A stretch of DNA of 50,005 nt, counting the filler, from Streblomastix strix (Eukaryota): the NCBI GenBank assembly GCA_008636045.1. It is 2 parts of 2 records of this genome, joined end to end, with 100 filler letters (N's around TTAATTAATTAA, not from the genome) between each part and the next. Parts side by side here need not be neighbours in the genome. Positions count along the whole stretch, not along the records: positions 25,061 to 50,005 come from SNRW01000220.1; 1 more part is not named here. One strand, written 5' to 3'. The notes beneath the pieces are model-generated. The model did no database searches, was not told the DNA's origin, and saw only the letters and a program-made list of their open reading frames with translations. Of the stretch, positions 40,418 through 50,005 are shown piece by piece. Numbering within the stretch: the stretch's first letter is position 1; every line of letters starts with the position of its first letter. Made by a program: the position numbers and the translations under genes.

Positions 40418-43400
40418 ATGAATTATTAACACGAAGAGATTTCACTAGCTACTGTTGTTCCCCTTTCATATGATGTGACTGTAGATGTTACATGTTTGGA
40501 GAAAAACAATGCATCTGAAGAAATTCTTCTTGGAAAAGTTTTTTACAAGTTTGAGGTCAAAACTTCAACGAATACAATATTCCTGAATGCTAAAGAACTA
40601 ACAATTAGGAAAGTTTAGCTGGCTAATGAAGAAGGAATTGAAGTTTTGAAAGAAGAATCCAATTAAATTAGAACAGAGTTCAATAGCGAATCTAATGTAG
40701 TCTCATTTATATTCGATTCAGATCTTAACATTGGTATCTACACTCTTGAAATTGAATATTCCGGGAAGTTTCGAGACGATCTTATGGGATGCTATGGATG
40801 CGCGTATAATAAAGGCAATGAAACTAAAAGAATGTGTTCCACTCAATTTGAAGCGGTCTGGGCAAGAACAGCTTTTCCTTGCGTAGATCAACCCAATGCA
40901 AAAGCTGTATTCACGATCCACGTAATTCATCCTCCTTCACTGACTGCTGTATCAAATATGCCAGTGTCTTCTGTAGATACTGATATTGGAGAAGATAATA
41001 AATGGACAAAAACAAACTTCAATTAAAGTCCAAAGATGTCAACTTATTTAGTTGCATGGGTAGTTGGAGAATTCGAGTTTGTATCTGGATCCTGCTATGA
41101 TGGGAAACTCCCTGTTCGTGTGTATGTTCTACCTGGACAATCTCAATTTGCTAACTTCGCGAGGGACGTTGCCGTTAAAGCGATTGAATTCCTTTCGAAT
41201 TTCACTCAAATTCCGATTCCGCTTCCAAAGATGGATTTAATTGGTATTCCTGAATTTCAATCTGGGGCTATGGAAAATTGGGGGTTGATTACATTTAGAG
41301 AGGTTCTTATATATTTATCTATTTATATATTAACTGACTAATTATTAATTGATTAATTATTAATTAATATTATTAATATAATAAGGCGTCAATTCTTGCA
41401 GATGAGAAAACGACAACTAGATCTTAATTGGAAAGAGTTGGATATGTAGTTTGCCATGAGTTAGTTCACTAATGGGCTGGTATATAAATATATTATTATA
41501 GATGATAATTTTAAATATTTATTATATATTTAATATATATTTAATTAGGTAACTTAGTAACACCTTATTGGTGGGATGATCTTTGGTTAAATGAAGGGTA
41601 TATTTTATATTTTTTTTTTAAATTTGCAATTAATTAAAAAATTAAAAATTAATTTATATTTTTATTATTATTATATATTTATATCAGCTTTGCAACATTC
41701 CTTGGCCATTACACATTTGATTAACTCTATCGAAACTGGAATCATTGGCTTACTTTCTAAGTTTATTGATTATAATTGATATTATTTATTTTTTTATATA
41801 TATAGTAAACTATTTAATTATTGATATTTACAATCATATTTAAAATTTCCAATTTTTTTCGTTATAGTTTCAAGATCAGAATCGCGCATTCACAATTGAT
41901 GCTGTAGAACAATCCACACATCCAATTGAAGTATTTTAACCATTAATAACATTTTTATTTTTTTCCTTAAGTAATTTATTTATAATTATTTATCATTAAT
42001 TAGGTCAAAGTTACTCGCGCTGATGATGCTGATGACATATTTGATGCAATTTCTTATTAAAAAAGCTCAATTATAATACGAATGGTATTGAATATTTATA
42101 AGTAATAAGTTTAATTCATAATTTCTTTTCCAATTAAATATTTAGTTGTTTATCTAAATTTATATATTTTCGAATATATTTTGTAATATTCTTATTTAGT
42201 TGTTTGAATATATTGGAGAAGATGATTTTAGAAAAGGATTCACTAATTACTTAAAGTAGGATTACAATAATTTAAATTTATTTTTTATTATTATAATTTT
42301 CATTTATTTTTTTTCATTGTCATTTTCATTATATCTTACAGGAAACATGCCTATGGTAATGCAGTATCTACAGATCTTTGGGAATCATTAGCTGAAAGTT
42401 CCAATTTCGAAAGTTTGGAATAACATAATAACCGAATTATTTTTATTTATTAAATTTTATTAACAATTAATTTGATTACATCTATTGACTATTAATATCA
42501 AATAATTATATAATAATAAAGGATTGCCGTTTATGATGCAAAGCTGGACACAATAAGCCGGATTTCCACTCGTAAGTGTGAGTGAATTAATGTTAATTGA
42601 AAAATCTGAATTAAATAAATAAAAAGAATAAAGTGAATTAAATAATTAAAGTGAATAGAAAGAAGAAAAAGAATAAAGTGAATTAAAAGTGAAGAATAAT
42701 GGAGTAAGAATATTTGAAATTATGTAATAAAGATTCACAAAGAATAACTTGAAGAGATTTATTAAATAAGAAAATTTTGAATAAAATCAGAAAGGTTAAT
42801 AATAAGAATAAGAATAACTATGGAAGATTCCAATATCTATATTAGCAATGTGGGAAGGATAAGATTAACCAAATTAATTATATTTAAATTTGAATTAGAA
42901 ATCATTGATTCTTAAGTTAGTTCCTCCTTTAGTACAATAAAAATAAGAAAAAGAGAAAGAATAATCATTAGTGAAAGAATAAGAATAAAAGAAAGAATAA
43001 GAGAAATAATAAGAAAAAGAATAAGAATAAGAATAAAAGAAATAATAAGAAAAAGAATAAAAATAAGAGAAAGAAAAAGAATAAGAATAAGAGAAAGAAT
43101 AAGAGAAAGAATAAGAATAAGAGAAAAAATAAGAGAAAAAATAAGAATAAGAGAAAGATTAAAAGAAAGAATAAGAGAAAGAATAAGATAAAGAATAAGA
43201 ATAAGAGAAAGAATAAAAGAACGAATAGGAATAAGAGAAAGATTAAAAGAAAGAATAAGATAAAGAATAAGAATAAGAGAAAGAATAAAAGAACGAATAG
43301 GAATAAGAGAAAGATTAAAAGAAAGAATAAGAGAAAGAATAAGAATAAGAGAAAGAATAAAAGAAAGAATAAGAATAAGAGAAAGAATAAATGAAACAAT

Positions 43401-45496
43401 AAGAATAAAAGAAAGAATAAGAATAAAAGAAAGAATAAGAGAAAGAATAAGAATAAGAATAAAGGAAAGATTAATAGAAAGAATAAGAGATAGATTAAAA
43501 GAAAGAATAAGTGAAAGAATAAGAGAAAGAAAAACAAGAAGAAAAATAAGTAATAATTAAAGAGAAAGATAAAGAGACAAAAATACCTGAACTATTATGG
43601 ATCAAAGTGAATATTAACCAATCAGGATTTTATCGAGTTCATTATTAAGATATTTGGATTTTGAAAGCTTTTAAATCAGAAATTGCTCGTAATAATACTG
43701 GAATTATATAAGATAAAGATGTTAAAGTGAGATCTCGATTATTTGCATAAGATCGAATGGGAATCTAAAATGATCTATTTTCGCTCTCAATTAATGGATT
43801 GATTCCATTTACTTCATATCTAACATATGTGAAATAAGGATTTTGGTTTGATAAGTGCTATGAAATATAATAAGATATACTGAGGAATATAAAGACAACA
43901 ATGAGTGTATTTATTGAAGGGATGGTTCTGGAAGATGAGAAGGAGAAGGAATAATAAAGAATAATTTAGAAAGAGAAAGAAAAATCTAATTAAATTGGAT
44001 TTCGTGGGAAATGGGCCAATTTTGATCTGAACCAAAACAAAGAATAAAAATAAGATCAAAATGATTCAGATTAAGATCAGAGTAAACAATAAATAGGAGA
44101 AGTTGAATAGAAGATTAAAGTAATACAAATAAATGAAGAGAAAGAATAAGTGAAAGAATAAGATAAAGAATAAGAGAAAAAGAACCCAAATGATGCATTG
44201 TCCAGAATGAGAGGAAGCTGGGCAAATTATTAACTGAATCAGAACAAAGAATAAAAATAGAATTAAGCAGATTCAGAAACAAAGGAAATATCAAATCAAG
44301 GTTTTGATTAGAATGCAAAATCAATATCCATTGAGAAAGAGAAATTGAAAGAAACTGAAGAAGAATAAAAGAAAATTGATAATATTTCAGGAAAGAAAGA
44401 AGTTATTACAAAGAAAAAATATGATTATCAGAATTTATTTAAGAAATTTGATGATTGGTTTAACAATTTCTTCACAAATAAGTATCTCAACACATAAACA
44501 AATTAAGAAGAAAGAAAAGATGAATTAAATTCTTTCATTTAAGAAACCTTGTTTCGTGCTCCAATACAACCAAAAGATAATAACTAAGCCAAATAAATCA
44601 AATAACAAAACTTGGAATAATTTGACAATATTTTCTTCCCTGCGATTGCACCATGCCACAGAAGACTTATGGTTCAACACATTAAGAATTCTTAATCTAA
44701 GAATAAATAATCATAATAAAAATGGGGATATTGGAATAATGAAGATCAAATTAAAGGTGAATAATAAGAGATCAAATCAGAAGAGAGAAAATTAGCTGAT
44801 GAATAATTAGCAGAAGCTTTAACTCAGATTCCACCAAGTAGAAGAGCATTTTTGTTCTAAAATGCTTCATCATCAGAAGATCAAGATTCTCCCAGTGATG
44901 AATAAAGAAAGATAATGAGCAATGAATTAATATCAATATATCCTCCAGATTGGAATGCAATCGAATCTGAAAGACGCACTGCATTATTCGCAATCTACCA
45001 TAGCACATCATAGAAAATTCTTCCAGAAGACAGAATCAGTGCAATAAGGTCAGCGCTTGGATTTGCATCACCAGCAATGTTCCATTCCTCATTAATTCTA
45101 TTGGAAGAAGAAGATGTAGAATTTGGAATAAAGAAGTAGGATATGCATACAGGATCATATATTCTTTCTTCGATGTCATAAATTGGGGGATCTAATAAAA
45201 TGTGGAGATGGATGATTAAAGGAACAAGGAAGAAGAAATATGAGACTTTTGAGTCTTTGAGAAGACGTCTGGGTGGATTGATTATTCCGCCATTCATTGA
45301 GTATGCTGTCTAGAACATCGTGATCACGCCCGATGATGCTGATCTTCAAAAGCAAACTACCGAGTTCTTTGAAGATGAAGAGGCCAATATTCCACCGTTC
45401 ACACTGAAGAAATGCAAAGCTAAAATTAAGGACAATGCCGAGCTATGGCAAAGCCAAGGGGAAAAAGTGAAAGAATGGTTGGAAAGTTTGTAGTGA
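40418..45496 (+). CDS. M1-family zinc aminopeptidase (puromycin-sensitive aminopeptidase-like) with long low-complexity insertions
   Basis: STQFEAVWARTAFPCVDQP, SPKMSTYLVA, GAMENWGL, HELVHQWAG/NLVT..WWDDLWLNEGFA, FDAISYQK, WTQQAGFP and WIKVNINQSGFYRVHY. The large last exon is open to TGA 45494-45496. Confidence 0.95.
42936..43580 (+). repeat. Coding low-complexity tandem repeat (EQEK/QKKE)n inside the aminopeptidase
   Basis: Degenerate 6-12-bp units such as gaataagagaaa. Same reading frame before and after. Includes a sub-duplication at 72-bp offset (gaataaaagaacgaatagga at 43211 and 43283). Confidence 0.9.
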
Positions 45497-45861
45497 AAAC
45501 TTACTGTCAAGGTTGAGTTGAGTTTGACTTCTGTTCAAATATCATTAATTATATGGAACAAAATAAATAATTACCTACAAATTATAATATTAATCACATT
45601 TAACCGAGTTATTTAAAAAACGCTGCTATTGTACTCACTTATTAGTATATAAACATGTTAAACAAAATATTTATCTATATTATAAAAAATAGCCTAATTT
45701 TAACCATAAACCCATTCTATTCAGCTCATCAAAGATATTACCAAAAAATTTGTAAAATTCCCTATATATCTTTATATAGTCGCTGTCTCCGATAAATATT
45801 CCAATATTCTTTATTTAACAATAATTATTGATCTCTTTTTACTATTTTAAGATATTTGAAA

Positions 45862-46419
45862 ATGCTTGTTGCACTTGTATAACTTGCTGTTTTTGTTTCA
45901 ATTGCCTCTTGCTCAACAGGAACCTATCTGCCGAAATAGGATATATCCAAATTGAAGCCTTCGTAGAATATAGTCGACTTTGTGAAAGGATTTGAAGGGC
46001 TTAATCTCACAGCGTACACTTGTCCAGCAGGAATATGGACAATCGGATATGGACATACAAAGAATGTGAAAAAAGGAGACTAGATTACACTTCAGCAAGC
46101 CAATTAGTTCTTAACTGAAGATCTAACCGACTCTGGTAAGTAAATGGTCAAGATTGTTAAAGTTCCAATGACCCAAAACCAGTATGATTCACTGGTAAGT
46201 TTCACCTTCAATCTTGGCATTGGAAACCTCCAGAGCTCAACTTTGCTTCGTAAATTGAATGCAGGAGATGACAAAGGAGCTTCAGAAGAATTCTTGAAAT
46301 GGAACCATGCACGCGTAGGTGGTGTGCTTAAGGTTTTAGATGGATTGACTAAAAGAAGAAAAGCTGAAAAGGATCTGTTTTTGACTGCTCTTAATCTGAA
46401 CAATGATAAGAAGTAATGA
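45862..46419 (+). CDS. GH24 phage-type lysozyme (muramidase) with N-terminal signal-peptide-like segment, 185 aa, intronless
   Basis: MLVALVQLAVFVSIASC...VDFVKGFEGLNLTAYTCPAGIWTIGYGHT (E-x8-C-x5-T triad spacing), TQNQYDSLVSFTFNLGIGNLQSSTLLRKLNAGD, EFLKWN and GLTKRRKAEKDLF. Seven in-frame TAA/TAG codons, then TGA at 46417-46419. Confidence 0.95.
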
Positions 46420-47137
46420 AGATTGAAAGAGTCTATTTGATATTTATATTATGGATGTTTAGTTTTCATATTCAATCATCACACAACTATATTGAATCAA
46501 TTATTAAATTAACTTGAACAATTTCTTAATTTGATAAATATTTTTTTTTAAATTATAGACTTAATTATTACTTTATTTTGGTGCATATGATATGAATATT
46601 TGATAAAATGCTTAGATTAAATTATAAGCACTTTCAAATTTCTACAACTCCAAATTTTAAGTTAATTCTTCTACAATTAATGGATTTATTAATTTTCTGC
46701 TCAATAGTGAATTTTGAATTAAAAACATATAAAAGCGGCAAATAATTAAATATTATTATTAGTGAACATAAATACAACCAATATTACCAAGTTTGATACA
46801 CGATGAACAAATAAATTTTTGACCTAATAATCATCGATTGCAGTTCGTGATTGTTTCAAATATGTGCACAACTTACATTCATTTGCAATAATATAACAAA
46901 AGTTAATCAAATAATCCAATATTATACTCGGAGAAGAATCAAAAAACTTCTTCGCCACGAATAAAATTGAGAAAGAAAATAAAAGTCCTGTAAATCAACC
47001 ATACATCTACTGAATTTTAATATTTTAACTAAATTTTATTAGATTTTATCTTTTGCACAATATAAGATTATTCAAAATAATTCATAAAATATGCTTTTAA
47101 TTAATTAGCTTTATTATTTTTTTTATTCAATCGCAGT

Positions 47138-49007
47138 ATGGCAGAACCTGCTTAATGGGCTGTGCGTGTGACTTGGGAAGGTGATGGTCCAAATGAAGCT
47201 TATTTTAGATAATAATTCTATCCCTTTGGTGCTGTTTACGTATTTCTTGAAACTACAGAACCGGAAAATAGTAAAAGATCTGCTTTTATTTACTTCAGGA
47301 CTTAATAAGAAGCATAAAAAGCACAAGATAATACAGATGGAAATATTGTTGAAGGATCTGTTCTGGAAGTCGTTGTAGTTCCTCCTCCTTCATCTATAAA
47401 TAGAAGTTATCTGATCATCAGAAATGTCTCTTCATCTTTCACACAAAGGACTTCATGGCTTACATTCTTGACATTCAATCCGAAGTCTTGTGAAGTGAAG
47501 TACAATTAATATACTTAGTAGAATGAAGCACATATTCAGTTCTATTATGAAGAAGATGCACAAGAAGCAATTCAACATCTGAATGGGAAAATGATTTAAG
47601 GATAAAAGATTGAAATTGAATTCTAATCAATTATTGGTAGATAATCACCTCCTCCTTAAAATAAACCAAGACCTCCACTTCCAATTCCATAATAACCAAC
47701 ACAAGAAGAAGATGAGAAGATTCTTTATATTACCAATCTAAATTCAAGAACATCATAATAAGATCTTGAATTAGTGTTCTTAGGATTCAATGTTGCCAGA
47801 CTTAGAATAATTCCTGGTCAATCTTCTACATAACCAAGTTCAGCTGAAGTTCATTTGTTATCTTCTGAAGATGCTCATCAAGCTCTAATGCATTCAATAG
47901 ACATAAAGATTGATGGAAATACAATTGGAATTAGATATAACAAGAAAAAACCAATTCCGGATCCAAATCAAACTCAACAATCGGGATCAACACTTCGTAC
48001 CTCAGATATTGATAAGAAATCATTGTTCATAAACTACTTAAATCCAACAACAACTAATTAATCTCTTTATGAAGCATTCGAACCTTTCAATGTAATTAAT
48101 TGTAATATTCCTCCAAATCAAAAAAGTACTGCAATTCATGGATATGCTAATTTCTCAAATGAAATTGATTCCCAGAATGCACTTGAGAATTTAAATGGAA
48201 AGAAAATTGATGGAAGTAAAGTGAAAATCAAATATAAATAATTTATTCCTCCTCCTCCTCAAAATAATAAAAGAGAAATTCAGATCAAAAATTTAGATCC
48301 ATCAACAAACAAAAGAACTCTTGAATTAATATTCAAACCATTCAGTCCAATTGATATCAATATGAATTCTCCATAATCAGGATAAGCATAAATCAAATTC
48401 ACATATGATGAAGATGGCGAAGAAGCAATTCAACATCTGAATGGAAGAATGATTGAAGGGAAAAGAATATCAATTGAATTCCAATAAATTCTTAGTCGAT
48501 AATCACCACCTCCATAATCAAATCCAAGGCCACCTCTCCAAATTCCTCAATAGCCAACATAAGATGAAGAAACATAGACTCTTATCATTACCAACATTGA
48601 TCCAATAATAACAAATGCTGATATGGAATTGATATTCATGGCGTATAATATAGAAAAGTTTAATATTAAACCACTAAATTCGAGATTTGAAACTCGAAAA
48701 GGAGAAGCATTTTTCAACAATTGGGAAGATGCCAAATAAGCTCTGATTCATGTTGATGGATAAAGAATAGATAGAAATATTCTTCGTGTTCAATACAAGA
48801 AAAAGGGGTTTGTATTTTAATTAATATTTTCATATATTTATATCTTAAAATTTATATTATATTATTTATGTTTTTATTATTTATGAATTTATTTATTTAT
48901 ATTTTCTTTAATTATTTTCATTCAATTTCTATTTATAAACATTTTTATTAATTATTTTCATTCAATTTCTATTTTAAATTAGGAATAATAAGGGTTCAAT
49001 TCAATGA
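47138..49007 (+). CDS. Multi-RRM RNA-binding protein (about six divergent RRMs with Pro/Gln linkers)
   Basis: Repeated RRM patterns: SAFIYFRTQQEAQKA, LIIRNVS..AHIQFYYEEDAQEAIQHLNGKMIQG, LYITNLN, LFINYLN..HGYANFSNEIDSQNALENLNGKKIDG, IQIKNLD and LIITNID..KGEAFF. One 3' intron (48808-48982). TGA at 49005-49007. Confidence 0.85.
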
Positions 49008-49459
49008 AATAAACCATGCGCAATTCAGAAAGCAAGATTTCTGAACCAAATATTGTTCACATGAGATTTTATTGTTTTATTTTATTTGCTTCATTTATCA
49101 TTAACAATTTATTATCAAGTACTTTTTTCATCATTTATTATTAAAAAGCGCACTTAGTCAATTATTAGCATTTCCTCTTAGCATATGATTTATTTATTTT
49201 TATCGTGTTTATTTCAATATGAACTTAGCCTACATTCTATTTAATCTAGTTCTATTTAATAGTATAACCTAATAAAATATTCAGAATTGATTGAAACATG
49301 ATTTAATTATTTACTTTTGAATAAAATATCCCTCTTTTTTAATCTGATTTGATCAAAAGAATGCAAAAGTCAGAAATATTAATGAATAAAATATTTTTTA
49401 TTAGAAAAAGTAAACTTTTATTTTACATTTTATATAAATATTAAAAATAATAAAAATTA

Positions 49460-50005
49460 TCAGCGTTATTACTAAATACTGGAAGTAAATATAAAATGAA
49501 TGAACGTGCAATCATATTACCACAAAAAATAATTAGGTCTATTCACATTGGTGGTTATTTTTTAATATAGTGGATTCTGTACCTATACATACGGTTCATT
49601 AGTATTTCTTTGTTATCTTTATTATTAATACAGTTAATTTGGAATTAATTGAAAGTTGAAATCATCTCCTTCATTTTATCCTGGAAGTGAGAATGACTCG
49701 TCTTTTTCTGAATATTTATCCACATTTAACTTCCCTGCATCTTTAGTTTCCTTCATATACATCCTCAGTGCAGCAGAAGCAAAAGGTTGATAAACAGAAT
49801 ATTTAGATTAATTTTCTTGTTCAGGAGCATTTAATCCTTCATCAATCTAAACCATTTCTATTCTTTTCTCAGATTTCAGATCTTAATCTACTTTTTCACT
49901 CAAATTCCCATGAGCAGCATACATCTCCTTATCAATGAAATAACACACAAATATTGATTTGGTTGAGAATGCGAAGTTGTCAATTAGAACAGTCATGATG
50001 ATGAG
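49460..50005 (-). CDS. 3' end of a gene running off the window; possibly choline transporter-like (CTL/SLC44/PNS1)
   Basis: Open frame LIIMTVLIDNFAFSTKSIFVCYFIDKEM... resembles the last helix (TIFxCFxxD) of CTL proteins, followed by a polar tail to TGA 49460-49462. Only a short stretch supports the family call. Confidence 0.45.

Noticed and set aside
42968..43537. 189-aa F/L-rich ORF on the minus strand resembling a membrane protein
   Set aside because: It is the antisense shadow of the plus-strand (EQEK)n coding repeat.
45500..47100. Prophage or bacterial contaminant around the lysozyme
   Set aside because: There are no other phage genes, the flanks are AT-rich and host-like, and the gene requires the host TAR=Gln code.
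2460..48735. Most short ORFs in the supplied track
   Set aside because: They were computed with the standard code and no splicing. They are fragments, alternative frames or antisense shadows of the genes listed.
48908..48974. 27-bp direct repeat ttaattattttcattcaatttctattt
   Set aside because: A small slippage duplication inside an AT-rich intron with no sign of function.

Overview
Very AT-rich eukaryotic nuclear DNA with many short spliceosomal introns and a non-standard genetic code. TAA/TAG read as Gln and TGA is the only stop; for example, the M1 peptidase motif HELVHQW uses TAA for Q. The supplied standard-code ORF track is therefore fragmentary. The code, intron style and gene families fit an oxymonad such as Streblomastix (inference). 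The window appears to be two assembly pieces joined by an artificial N44-TTAATTAATTAA-N44 linker at 24961-25060. The left piece holds a decayed DIRS tyrosine-recombinase remnant, an ARM/HEAT-like repeat gene, an N-terminally incomplete CFAP57/WDR65, a 9-kb SH3 + two-kinase + ARM gene with a 1023-bp internal duplication, a 67-bp minisatellite and a decayed DIRS retrotransposon (gag, RT, RNase H, adenine MTase). The right piece holds a partial kinase-ARM gene, an ARM gene, two F-box-like/SPRY-like paralogues, an intronless orphan, a bacterial-type PfkB kinase with introns, an M1 aminopeptidase with a long Q/E/K insertion, a secreted phage-type GH24 lysozyme written in the host code, a six-RRM protein and the 3' end of a possible choline-transporter-like gene. 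The most notable items are the domesticated lysozyme, intron-bounded modular ARM cassettes, the tandem-kinase gene, and splice-acceptor-like sites just upstream of every visible start codon. All gene models were translated by hand and no database searches were run.
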